Shown here in pieces: positions 10,324 to 19,596 of a stretch of 64,000 nucleotides of DNA. The position numbers were made by a program, and so were the translations under genes. Numbering within the stretch: position 1 is the first letter of the stretch; the number at the start of each line of letters is the position of its first letter. The notes under the pieces were generated by a model, which saw nothing but the letters and a program-made list of their open reading frames with translations, made no database searches and was not told where the DNA came from. The stretch is from Candidatus Aceula meridiana (lineage in GTDB: Bacteria > Omnitrophota > Gorgyraeia > Zapsychrales > Aceulaceae). Location: the NCBI GenBank assembly GCA_030765185.1, contig JAVCDE010000003.1, positions 64,038 to 128,037 on the forward strand, written 5' to 3'.

Positions 10324-11397
10324 ATGTTACAAAAATTCTTTAAAATTGCTAAAAAATTTATTAATTATATTTTAGGGCTATTTTCCAACGATATGGGTAT
10401 TGACTTAGGGACAGCTACTACTCTTGTCTATATCAAAGGTCAAGGCATTGTTTTATGCGAGCCGTCTGTTGTTGCGCTTCATAAAGAAACAGGGCATGTT
10501 TTAGCTGTTGGCGAGGAAGCCAAAAGAATGTTAGGGCGCACGCCTGGTAATATTGTTGCCATTCGGCCGATGAAAGATGGTGTTATTTCTGATTTTGAAA
10601 TTACAGAAGCTATGCTTCGGTATTTTATTAAAAAAGTGCATTCACGTCGTGTTTTAGTTCGTCCCGCTATGGTTGTAGCGATTCCTTCCGGAATTACAGA
10701 GGTAGAGAAACGTGCTGTTAGAGATTCAGCAGAAAAAGCAGGTGCACGCTCTGTAGATCTTATCGAAGAGCCAAAGGCAGCTGCCGTTGGCGCAGGCCTT
10801 CCCGTTGAAGATCCTGCTGGCAACATGATTGTGGACATCGGAGGCGGAACCACGGAATTTGCTGTTATTTCTTTAGGAGGCATTGTTTATTCACAGTCAA
10901 TCCGCATTGCCGGTGATGAAATGGATGAGGCGATCATTGATTATTTAGGAAAAACTTATAACTTGATGATTGGCGAGAGAACTGCTGAAGAAATTAAAAT
11001 TCGGATTGGATCAGCTTATTCTTTGGATGAAGAGTTGAATATGGATGTTCGCGGCCGTGATTTAATTTCAGGACTTCCTAAAACCATTGCGGTGACTTCT
11101 GTTGAGGTTCGTGAAGCTTTGCAGGGACCAGTAAGAGCTATCGTTGACGGATCGAAATCAACGCTTGAACATACACCACCAGAGTTGGCTGCAGATTTGA
11201 TTGATCGCGGCATTGTTATGGCGGGGGGTGGCGCAATGTTACGAGGCCTCGATAAGCTTATCGCTGAAGAAACAGGGTTACCGGTTCACATCGCTGACGA
11301 TCCCTTGACGGCTGTTGTCTTGGGAACAGGTCAAACGTTGGATATGCCGGCTCGCTTAAGACGTGGGCTTGTCGTTCCTACCAAAATCGATTTTTAA
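10324..11397 (+). CDS. mreB: Rod-shape determining actin homologue MreB
   Basis: 357 aa. N-terminus ...[17 protein letters not shown] mirrors E. coli MreB. Actin-fold phosphate and adenosine motifs present (DIGGGTTE). Confidence 0.95.
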   Translation: MLQKFFKIAKKFINYILGLFSNDMGIDLGTATTLVYIKGQGIVLCEPSVVALHKETGHVLAVGEEAKRMLGRTPGNIVAIRPMKDGVISDFEITEAMLRYFIKKVHSRRVLVRPAMVVAIPSGITEVEKRAVRDSAEKAGARSVDLIEEPKAAAVGAGLPVEDPAGNMIVDIGGGTTEFAVISLGGIVYSQSIRIAGDEMDEAIIDYLGKTYNLMIGERTAEEIKIRIGSAYSLDEELNMDVRGRDLISGLPKTIAVTSVEVREALQGPVRAIVDGSKSTLEHTPPELAADLIDRGIVMAGGGAMLRGLDKLIAEETGLPVHIADDPLTAVVLGTGQTLDMPARLRRGLVVPTKIDF

Positions 11398-11419
11398 TTA
11401 ATTTAATCTGTGTGCTAGT

Positions 11420-12202
11420 GTGTTTCCACGTATTAATAAAAAAGCCATCTATTTTTTTGTTCTTCTGATTCCTATCGTTTTTTTATTTTTCTTTCAGAAT
11501 TCTTCTTCTGGTTTAAAGATAAAAATCGCTGAGACTTCCTCGTGGCCCTTAAGGGTCATTTTGTTCCCGTTCAAAGAATTCAAAAAAGCTATTTCTTATC
11601 ATAAAACGTATGATGATTATCAGGATTTAAAAAAAGAGGCAGATACCTTCAAGCGAAGATTGCAAGAACAAGAGGAAGTTCTTAAAGAAAATAATCGTTT
11701 AAAAAAACTTTTAGAATTAAAACAGAGCGCTGTTTTTTCTTCAACGGCAGCAAATGTTATTGCTCGCAATCCTTCCAATTGGTCAGCTGCGATTATCATC
11801 GACAAGGGAAGCAGAGACGGGATAGAACAGGGAATGCCTGTTGTCAGCTCTCTGGGAGTTATTGGAAAAATTATTGAAGTCGGCGTCAAGACAAGCAAGG
11901 TCATGCTCTTAACGGATCCACGATTTAGTGTTGCTGTTTTGATTCAACGCAATCGAGAGCAGGGACTTGTCTCGGGAAGTCTTCAGGGGCTTTGCCGTAT
12001 GCAGTATTTATCTCCAGATGTTGTGATCGAAATCGGTGATAAAGTCACGACTTCCAAATTAAGCTCCTTTTTTCCTGAAGGCTTGCTCATCGGCAAAGTT
12101 GTTGATGTACGCGAAAGCCTTTCAAGCCCAACTATTGAATGCCTTGTTGAGCCAGCAGTTTCCTTATCTCAAATCGAAGAAGTTATTGTTATCAAAAGAT
12201 AG
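11420..12202 (+). CDS. mreC: Rod-shape determining protein MreC
   Basis: Follows mreB. N-terminal TM, coiled-coil, MreC beta domains (GMPVVSSLGVIGKIIEV..., GLLIGKVVDV). Confidence 0.85.
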   Translation: MFPRINKKAIYFFVLLIPIVFLFFFQNSSSGLKIKIAETSSWPLRVILFPFKEFKKAISYHKTYDDYQDLKKEADTFKRRLQEQEEVLKENNRLKKLLELKQSAVFSSTAANVIARNPSNWSAAIIIDKGSRDGIEQGMPVVSSLGVIGKIIEVGVKTSKVMLLTDPRFSVAVLIQRNREQGLVSGSLQGLCRMQYLSPDVVIEIGDKVTTSKLSSFFPEGLLIGKVVDVRESLSSPTIECLVEPAVSLSQIEEVIVIKR

Positions 12203-12235
12203 TTATTCATAAAAATTAAACAAAAGTATTTTTCC

Positions 12236-12724
12236 ATGTTAAAGAAATTTTTCGGAATCGTTGTTTTTATTTTTTTTCTTTTTGCTATTGAAAATATTTT
12301 GTTTTATTTTTTTGGGTTTTGGTTTAAGCCAAATCTCATTTTGTTGTGGATTATTTTTTTGAATCTTTTTTTAGGGATTCGGTATGGTTTAGTCGCTTCT
12401 TTTTGCGCAGGACTTTTGCAAGATAGTTTTTCTACGGGTGCTTTCGGGGCACACATTTTAAGCTTTATTGTGTGCTCATATCTTATCGTTGTTATCCGTA
12501 AGTATTTCCTTCAGTTAGAAACTGCATCATTTCGCTTGGCTATATCGGGAGTCGTAGCAATCTTAAATGTACTTGTTCTTTATGTAATTAATTCATTTTT
12601 TATGAAAATAAGTTTTTCAGAAACAGTTGTTTTTATCTTATTCCCAGAAGTTTTATCCACTGTCTTAATGGCATGGCTATTGTTTGATTATTATAAAAAA
12701 TGCGCCTTAAAATTATTCGCTTAG
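12236..12724 (+). CDS. mreD: Rod-shape determining protein MreD
   Basis: 162-aa polytopic hydrophobic protein in the canonical position between mreC and PBP2. Confidence 0.7.
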   Translation: MLKKFFGIVVFIFFLFAIENILFYFFGFWFKPNLILLWIIFLNLFLGIRYGLVASFCAGLLQDSFSTGAFGAHILSFIVCSYLIVVIRKYFLQLETASFRLAISGVVAILNVLVLYVINSFFMKISFSETVVFILFPEVLSTVLMAWLLFDYYKKCALKLFA

Positions 12725-14415
12725 TTATTGCTTCTTTTTTTGTTGTCCTGGGCTTGGGACTGATTTATCTACAAATTATCCAGGGGCAGCACTACTATAA
12801 CTTGAGCGTAAATAACCGTATTCGTGTTGTTCCTATCGAAGGTATCCGTGGTCGTATTCTTGATCGAAACGGCATTATTTTAGCCGATACACGTGTTTCT
12901 TTTGATGTTTTTGTTGTTCCTCAGGAATTAGAAAAAGAAAAAGAGATGTTTGTTTTTTTGAGCAAGACGCTTGATGTCGACCAAAAAGAACTTGAGAAAA
13001 CATACAAGAAGAAAATGATTGCTCAGTTTGTCCCTGTCGCGATTGCGCAAGACATCTCTCGCGATAAAGCTATTGTTCTTGAAGAACATAAATTTCGCTT
13101 CCCTGGACTCATCATTCAACTTGGCGCAAAAAGAGATTATCCTCTAAAAAGCATCGGGGCCCATGTTTTAGGTTATGTTGGAAAAATGAGCCCATCAAAG
13201 AAAATTAAATTTAAAGAATATGGGTATGCTATTCCAAAGATTACGGGATATTCGGGAATCGAAGAATACTATGACAGTTTTTTAAAAGGAAAAGACGGCG
13301 GTCTTCAGGTTGAGGTCAATCATCGTGGAGAGCAGGTTCGCCTTTTAGGTATGCGAACACCTGTCCGTGGGCAAGACATGACGCTGACCATTGATTCGCG
13401 TATTCAGAAAATTGCAGCGGATTGCATAAGCAAATATATTGGTTCTATTGTTGTTTTAGATTTAGATTCCGGAGAAGTTTTAGGAATGGTAAATTCACCG
13501 TCTTTTGATCCGAATGTTTTTGTGAAGGCAAGCGAAAGCAATAAGAGGGCGAAACTTTTTTCCGATCCAAAAGCGCCGATGTTAAACCGAGCTATCGGAG
13601 GCCAGTATCCTCCTGGATCTGTTTTTAAGATTCCTTTGGCCATTGCAGCCCTAGACTCAGGAAAAATTACGGCTAACAGCACTTTTTCTTGTAATGGATT
13701 TTATTCTTTAGGGCGGCGGAGATTTCGATGTTCCCATTCGCATGGGATGCAAAATTTTACCGAAGCGATCGCGCATTCTTGCAATGTCTATTTTTATAAT
13801 GTTGGCCTTATTTTAGGGGCTCAAAAAATTCGAGAGTTTGCTCATCTTTTTGGATTGGGGATGCGGACAGATATTGACTTGCCTTACGAAGAGAAAGGAC
13901 TTATTCCAGATCCTGACAATTATTATAAGCGTGCCAAGCGGCGATGGAGCAAGGGGGACACTCTTAACTTTTCTATTGGACAAGGAGATGTTTTAGTAAC
14001 TCCTTTGCAGGTTGTCAATATGATGGCAACTGTTGCGAGAGATGGAAAAGAGATTCCACCACGCCTTCTTAAATCTGCTGCGGATATTAAGAAAGTTCAG
14101 GGATATCTCGAGCGTGATATCAACATCCCTAAGCCTTATTTTGATTTAGTTAAGGGAGGAGCAAAAGCAGCTATTGCGGATTATGCTGGTACGGCACGCG
14201 TTTTGTATATGAAGGATTTACTTGTTATGGGAAAAACCGGAACAGCACAAACTTCAGGGAAAAAAAAGACACACGCGTGGTTTGCTGGTTTTTGCCCAGA
14301 GACAAAAAGGAAAATTGTTTTTTGTGTCTTCTTAGAGCATGGCGGATCAAGCTATAATGCATGCCGAGTGGCGAAGGAACTACTTCAGTCGATGAAAAAA
14401 CAGAACATTCTGTAA
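12700..14415 (+). CDS. mrdA: Penicillin-binding protein 2 (elongasome transpeptidase)
   Basis: 571 aa. N-terminal TM plus PBP dimerisation domain. Transpeptidase motifs SxxK (PGSVFK), SxN (SCN), KTG (KTGTAQ). Confidence 0.9.
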   Translation: MRLKIIRLVIASFFVVLGLGLIYLQIIQGQHYYNLSVNNRIRVVPIEGIRGRILDRNGIILADTRVSFDVFVVPQELEKEKEMFVFLSKTLDVDQKELEKTYKKKMIAQFVPVAIAQDISRDKAIVLEEHKFRFPGLIIQLGAKRDYPLKSIGAHVLGYVGKMSPSKKIKFKEYGYAIPKITGYSGIEEYYDSFLKGKDGGLQVEVNHRGEQVRLLGMRTPVRGQDMTLTIDSRIQKIAADCISKYIGSIVVLDLDSGEVLGMVNSPSFDPNVFVKASESNKRAKLFSDPKAPMLNRAIGGQYPPGSVFKIPLAIAALDSGKITANSTFSCNGFYSLGRRRFRCSHSHGMQNFTEAIAHSCNVYFYNVGLILGAQKIREFAHLFGLGMRTDIDLPYEEKGLIPDPDNYYKRAKRRWSKGDTLNFSIGQGDVLVTPLQVVNMMATVARDGKEIPPRLLKSAADIKKVQGYLERDINIPKPYFDLVKGGAKAAIADYAGTARVLYMKDLLVMGKTGTAQTSGKKKTHAWFAGFCPETKRKIVFCVFLEHGGSSYNACRVAKELLQSMKKQNIL

Positions 14416-14429
14416 TTTATTAAATTATC

Positions 14430-15536
14430 ATGAACGGAAATCTTAAAAAAATTATTTTCACGCTTATTGTCGTCATCATCGTCATAGGACTCGTAGCTCT
14501 TTATAGCGCGTCTTATCAAAACATTCGCGTTCCTCGCAAGATTTTTTACGGACAGCTTGTGATGGCTATTTTAGGAATAGGGGCAATTTGGGCGTTGAGT
14601 TATTTTGATTATAGAAAATTTTATGACATGGCCTATATTCTTTATGCGGTTAACATTATTTTTTTGATTGGGATTTTTATTTTTGGTCGGTATGCCTTAG
14701 GGGCTAAACGATGGATTGAGTTTTTTGGTGTTAACTTTCAGCCGTCTGAGCTGATGAAGTTATCGGTCATTTTGGTTTTAGCGCGTTATTTTACGGATCA
14801 GAAACCTACGATTTCTTTTTATCGGCAAAGCTTAAAAGGGGGGTTTTGGGCTGACCTTCTTATTCCTCTTTTTTTAGTGGTTTTTCCTATGCTATTAATT
14901 TTTAAGCAACCGGATTTGGGAACAGCCCTTTTGCTGTTAGGAATTTTCGTGGTCATTCTTTATGCGAGTGGGATTTCTTATAAGTATTTTTTAGGTCTTT
15001 TAGTCTTTTGTGCTATGGCTGTGCCGCTTTTGTGGAGTGTAATGAAACCATATCAAAAGGATCGGTTGTTAGTTTTCTTAAACCCAAATATTGACCCTCT
15101 TGGGGCAGGGTATACGATTATTCAGTCGAAGATTGCTGTCGGATCGGGACAGATTTTTGGTAAGGGATGGCTTGCCGGAACTCAGAACCAACTTAATTTC
15201 TTGCCGGAGAGGCATACCGACTTTATTTTTTCTGTAATCGGAGAGGAGTGGGGTTTAATCGGGAGCTTTTTTCTTTTGAGCTGTTTTTTTGCTTTAATTA
15301 TGCTGGGCCTTAATGTTGTTGAACAGACAAAAGAGAAGTTCGGTTATTTAGCTGCTCTTGGGATTATTACTATTTTTGCACTTCAGGTGATAATTAATAT
15401 TGGCATGGTGCTGGGCTTATGCCCCATTGTTGGCTTAACTCTTCCTTTGGTGAGTTACGGGAAATCTTCCTTTCTTGTTTTTGTCCTAATGCTTGGGTTC
15501 TTGTTGAATTTAAGCAGGCGGCGAACTATTTTTTAA
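14430..15536 (+). CDS. rodA: SEDS-family peptidoglycan glycosyltransferase RodA
   Basis: 368-aa polytopic protein of the FtsW/RodA family. Sits directly after mrdA. Confidence 0.85.
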   Translation: MNGNLKKIIFTLIVVIIVIGLVALYSASYQNIRVPRKIFYGQLVMAILGIGAIWALSYFDYRKFYDMAYILYAVNIIFLIGIFIFGRYALGAKRWIEFFGVNFQPSELMKLSVILVLARYFTDQKPTISFYRQSLKGGFWADLLIPLFLVVFPMLLIFKQPDLGTALLLLGIFVVILYASGISYKYFLGLLVFCAMAVPLLWSVMKPYQKDRLLVFLNPNIDPLGAGYTIIQSKIAVGSGQIFGKGWLAGTQNQLNFLPERHTDFIFSVIGEEWGLIGSFFLLSCFFALIMLGLNVVEQTKEKFGYLAALGIITIFALQVIINIGMVLGLCPIVGLTLPLVSYGKSSFLVFVLMLGFLLNLSRRRTIF

Positions 15537-15619
15537 AAAATATCATCGAAATTGTAATCTTGCAGGTTTTAAGGTAAGATAAATAAAAATATTTATGAAT
15601 ATTAGTATTTATATTTAAC

Positions 15620-16063
15620 ATGGGAACATACAAACGCATTAATAATAAATTTTTAGGAGAGCTTTTAATCGAGCGCGATGTTATTACTAAAGAGCAGCTT
15701 GATGAAGCTATGGCACACCAGGAAGAAAAGGGTGGGCTCATGGGAGAGGTTTTGGTAAATCTCAAATATGCTTCAGAAGAGGATATCGCTCAGGCGTTGA
15801 CTTCTCAGTATGGGTTTCCTTATCTTCCGCTATCAAATTATGAAATTGAGGATGATGTCCTTGCTTCGCTTTCGAAGGAAGTTTGTGAAAAGTTTTGTCT
15901 TGTTCCAATAGACAAGATTGGCGCAAGTCTGACTTTGGCTATGGCGGATCCCTTAAACGCAAAGGCCATCGAAGAGATTGAGGCGTTAACAGGTTGTTCC
16001 GTTCAGACGTTTGTTAGCACGTCTAAGGATATCCGAGAAACAGTGCAAAAGTATTATAAATAA
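15620..16063 (+). CDS. Stand-alone GspE/PilB N-terminal (MshEN-type) domain protein, candidate c-di-GMP receptor
   Basis: 147 aa. Two tandem 24-residue motifs FLGELLIERDVITKEQLDEAMAHQ / LMGEVLVNLKYASEEDIAQALTSQ separated by 5 residues, as in MshEN domains. No ATPase domain. Own start and stop, then pilB1 4 nt downstream. Confidence 0.7.
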   Translation: MGTYKRINNKFLGELLIERDVITKEQLDEAMAHQEEKGGLMGEVLVNLKYASEEDIAQALTSQYGFPYLPLSNYEIEDDVLASLSKEVCEKFCLVPIDKIGASLTLAMADPLNAKAIEEIEALTGCSVQTFVSTSKDIRETVQKYYK

Positions 16064-16067
16064 ACAT

Positions 16068-17801
16068 ATGTTTTCTCCATACGAATATTTTCAGAAAATT
16101 CTTATCGAAAAAACGATTCTTGAGCCGAAGGATGTTGATAAAGTTCTTGACGAATCGCAAGCCGCATCAGAACCTTTTACAGAAATTCTTATAAAGCAAG
16201 GTCTTGTTACAGAGGCCCAGCTGATATCTTTTCTTATCGAAGGCTTAGGTCAGCCACCTGTCGATGTTTCTAATATTGCCATTGATCTAGAAGTCCTTGC
16301 CCTCATGCCTAAGGCCATGGTGCTTAAATATCAGGCTATGCCTATTGTTCGCATTGGGCGGACTCTTATCCTTGCCATGGTTAATCAGACGGATATTGTT
16401 TCGATTGATAACATTAACGCTTTGACAGGCCTGCGTGTTTATTCGGTTGCGACACAGCTGAAAGATATTGAAAAAGCCGTTGCTATTTATTTTACAGAAA
16501 ATTCTGATGCCGCTTTTGATCAGATTATTAAAGATATTTCTGACACCGAAGAGATGGAGCTTATTAGCGAAGCTGATAAGCAAATGGACAAAGACCATGT
16601 GGAGAATCTTCTCCAGGATGCCCCCACAATAAGATTAACCGACGCCATTATCAAGCAGGCAATTCTTGCCAAGGCGAGTGATATTTTTATTGAGCCGTTA
16701 GAAAAAGCTTTGCGCATTCGTTACCGTGTTGATGGTATTATTCGTGAAGTTGACCGCATGTCGAGGAATTTGCATTTTCCAGTTGTTTCGCGTATTAAAA
16801 TTATGGCTAGTCTTGATATTTCTGAGCATCGTCTTCCTCAAGATGGGCGTTTCAGAATAGTTACGGATAAAAAAAAGGAAGTTGATTTTCGTGTTAGTGT
16901 TTTGCCGGCGGCCCTTGGTGAAAAAGTTGTTTTGCGTGTTTTAGATAAAAATGCGGCGATGCTTGATTTAACAAAACTTGGGTTTCATCCTAGGGCGTTA
17001 CAATCACTTCAGGAATGTTCGGTTAAGCCTCATGGAATGATTTTGACGTGTGGTCCTACCGGAAGCGGAAAAACAACGACTCTTTATTCGATTTTAAAAT
17101 TTATTGATTCCCCGGAGAAAAACATTATCACTGTCGAGGATCCGGTTGAATATCAAATGAAAGGAATTAACCAGGTTAATGTGAAGCCCCAAGTTAATTT
17201 GACCTTTGCTTCAACTCTAAGGTCAATCTTAAGACAAGATCCTGACATTATTATGATTGGGGAGATTCGAGATTTCGAAACGCTGGATGTCGCGGTTAAG
17301 GCGGCTTTAACAGGCCATCTTGTTTTAAGCTCTTTGCATACGACGACGGCAGCTGGGTCGGTTGTACGTATGGTTAATATGGGAATTGAACCTTTTTTGA
17401 TTTGTTCTTCGGTTTTAGCGGTTGTAGCTCAAAGGCTCTTGAGAAGGCTTTGCGACAAATGTAAAGAGGTGTATGATCTTCCAGATTATCTTATCAAAAA
17501 GTTAAGTTTAAAGAATTATCATTTTGATACAAAGCCCCAATTTTATAAAGCCAAAGGATGCAAGCATTGTTTTGATCTAGGTTACAAGGGGCGGGTTGGC
17601 ATTACTGAAATTATGGTTTTAACGTCTGCTCTTAAAAAAATGGTTTTAGAAAGTTGCGGAGAATATCGGCTTAAGGAGGCGGCACGCAAGGAAGGCATGA
17701 TAACAATGCGGGAAGATGCTATCTACAAAGCTGCTGCGGGCTTAACATCTATTGAGGAAGTTTTAAGGGTGACTGTTTCTGATGAAACGATAGAGGAATA
17801 A
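16068..17801 (+). CDS. pilB: Type IV pilus assembly ATPase PilB/GspE family (paralog 1)
   Basis: N-terminal MshEN-like motifs, N2 domain, Walker A GPTGSGKTT, Asp/His boxes, C-terminal tetracysteine (CDKC...CKHC). Start moved to the ATG at 16068, after the upstream gene's stop at 16061-16063. Confidence 0.85.
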   Translation: MFSPYEYFQKILIEKTILEPKDVDKVLDESQAASEPFTEILIKQGLVTEAQLISFLIEGLGQPPVDVSNIAIDLEVLALMPKAMVLKYQAMPIVRIGRTLILAMVNQTDIVSIDNINALTGLRVYSVATQLKDIEKAVAIYFTENSDAAFDQIIKDISDTEEMELISEADKQMDKDHVENLLQDAPTIRLTDAIIKQAILAKASDIFIEPLEKALRIRYRVDGIIREVDRMSRNLHFPVVSRIKIMASLDISEHRLPQDGRFRIVTDKKKEVDFRVSVLPAALGEKVVLRVLDKNAAMLDLTKLGFHPRALQSLQECSVKPHGMILTCGPTGSGKTTTLYSILKFIDSPEKNIITVEDPVEYQMKGINQVNVKPQVNLTFASTLRSILRQDPDIIMIGEIRDFETLDVAVKAALTGHLVLSSLHTTTAAGSVVRMVNMGIEPFLICSSVLAVVAQRLLRRLCDKCKEVYDLPDYLIKKLSLKNYHFDTKPQFYKAKGCKHCFDLGYKGRVGITEIMVLTSALKKMVLESCGEYRLKEAARKEGMITMREDAIYKAAAGLTSIEEVLRVTVSDETIEE

Positions 17802-19507
17802 TGGCTAAAACAATTAAAGAAAAAGTTCTCGAGGCTTTAGTCGAAAGTCACAGCATTTCAAAAAAAGAGCTTGATGAGGCATTGGGCGCCCAGAAGGAGA
17901 CTGGGGCAAGCTTAGACAGAGTCCTCGTCGATAAAGGTCTTATTTCAGAGAAAGAACTTTTAAGCCTTTTGGTCAAAGAGTTCGACATTCCCACCATCAA
18001 CCTATCTAAATATAAGATTGACCCTAGCTTAAAAGAAGCCATCCCTGAGCGTGTTGCACGCCAGTACCATCTTATTCCGATTTCGAGTTTAGGTAAGAAA
18101 ATTACAGTTGCCTTGTCAGACCCTTTTAATATTTTTGCGATTGATGATTTAAAGACATTGACTAATAAAAATATTGATGTTGTCATGAGCGAAGAGTCAA
18201 AAATTACCCAAGCGTTGGATACTTATTATGGGGCTGCTGACCTTGAGAGTGTAGCGGAAGTTAGCCGTGATATCGATATTCAGGATTTTGAAGTTGTTGA
18301 CGAAAAAGGGGAAGGCCAGGGCTCGGAGATGACGGTTGAGGAAAGCACTCAGGCTCCGATTATCCGCATGGTCGACCTCATTATCAAAGAAGCTTTGACG
18401 CAGCGAGCCTCGGATATTCACATTGAGCCTGGTGAAGAAAACGCAAGAGTGCGCTATCGTGTAGACGGTATTTTGCGTGATGTCTTAAAGATCCCAAAAG
18501 TTAATCAAAACGCTGTTATTGTTCGTATTAAAATTATTAGCGGAATTAATATTACAGAGACACAAGTGCCGCAAGACGGAAGATTTAAAATGCGTCTTTC
18601 AACCAAAGAGGTTGATTTTCGCGTTTCGCTTTTACCAATAACTTTTGGCCAGAAAATTGTTATTCGTGTTTTAGATAAATCTAGTTTATCCGTTGGGCTC
18701 GATGGCTTAAGTTTTTCACCGAAACCCTTGGAGAGAATAAAAAATGCAATCACGCAGCCTTTTGGCATGATTCTTGTCACGGGCCCAACCGGAAGTGGAA
18801 AGTCAACGACGCTATATTCAATTATTAATCAGCTTAACACCGTTGACCGAAATATTATTACTGCAGAGGACCCTGTTGAGTATCTCATTGACGGGTTGAC
18901 TCAAATTCCAGTTCGGGCGGACATAGGATTAACTTTTGCATCAGGACTAAGGGCTGTTTTAAGACAAAGTCCAGACATTGTTATGCTTGGAGAAATTCGA
19001 GATTCTGAAACAGCGGACATTGCTATTAAGGCTTCTTTGACTGGACAGCTTGTTTTATCAACGTTGCACACCAATGACGCGGCTGGTGCATTGACGCGCT
19101 TAATTGACATGGGCGTTGAATCTTTTTTAGTTGCTTCAAGCGTTGTTTGTATTTGCGCGCAACGCCTTTGTCGGACTATTTGCCCGAAGTGCCGAGAAGA
19201 AGTTTCTATCCCTGAGAAAACTTTAGCTGAATTAAAGCCGAGGGTAAAGCCAGGAATGAAATTTTATTATGGGAAAGGATGCGATTTTTGTCGTCAGACA
19301 GGTTACCGTGGACGCGTAGGTGTTATTGAAGTTATTGAGGTTGATGAAACAATTAAGGAGATGCTAATCAAAGGCAAGTCCTCAGGGGATATCAAGCAAT
19401 ATGCTATTAAAAAAGGGATGACAACGCTTTGGGATGATGCGATTAATAAGCTGATTGAGGGTGTAACAACTGTTGAAGAAGTTTTTCGCGTAACAAGTTC
19501 GGAATAA
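17801..19507 (+). CDS. pilB: Type IV pilus assembly ATPase PilB/GspE family (paralog 2)
   Basis: 568 aa. MshEN-like N-terminus, Walker A GPTGSGKST, tetracysteine CPKC...CDFC. 1-nt TAATG overlap with paralog 1. About half the residues are identical to paralog 1 by eye. Confidence 0.85.
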   Translation: MAKTIKEKVLEALVESHSISKKELDEALGAQKETGASLDRVLVDKGLISEKELLSLLVKEFDIPTINLSKYKIDPSLKEAIPERVARQYHLIPISSLGKKITVALSDPFNIFAIDDLKTLTNKNIDVVMSEESKITQALDTYYGAADLESVAEVSRDIDIQDFEVVDEKGEGQGSEMTVEESTQAPIIRMVDLIIKEALTQRASDIHIEPGEENARVRYRVDGILRDVLKIPKVNQNAVIVRIKIISGINITETQVPQDGRFKMRLSTKEVDFRVSLLPITFGQKIVIRVLDKSSLSVGLDGLSFSPKPLERIKNAITQPFGMILVTGPTGSGKSTTLYSIINQLNTVDRNIITAEDPVEYLIDGLTQIPVRADIGLTFASGLRAVLRQSPDIVMLGEIRDSETADIAIKASLTGQLVLSTLHTNDAAGALTRLIDMGVESFLVASSVVCICAQRLCRTICPKCREEVSIPEKTLAELKPRVKPGMKFYYGKGCDFCRQTGYRGRVGVIEVIEVDETIKEMLIKGKSSGDIKQYAIKKGMTTLWDDAINKLIEGVTTVEEVFRVTSSE

Positions 19508-19533
19508 TTTTTTTAAATTTAGACGGCAAAGAT

Positions 19534-19561
19534 TTGCTATTCGAAAAATTTTCGCTAAAAT
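19534..19561 (+). promoter_or_regulatory. Possible sigma70-type promoter upstream of pilC (TTGCTA-16-TAAAAT)
   Basis: -35-like TTGCTA at 19534-19539 and -10 TAAAAT at 19556-19561. Lies 35 nt upstream of the pilC ATG, which has RBS AAGGAG. Confidence 0.35.
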
Positions 19562-19596
19562 AGAAGTACAACGTTTTATTACAAGGAGCTTGGCAA

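Noticed and set aside
15620-16063. Interpretation as a frameshifted 5' fragment of pilB (pseudogene)
   Set aside because: The ORF has its own start, a complete two-motif MshEN domain and a clean stop. The downstream pilB1 has its own complete MshEN-like N-terminus starting at a Met 4 nt later, so nothing is missing from pilB1. A sequencing error cannot be excluded without reads.
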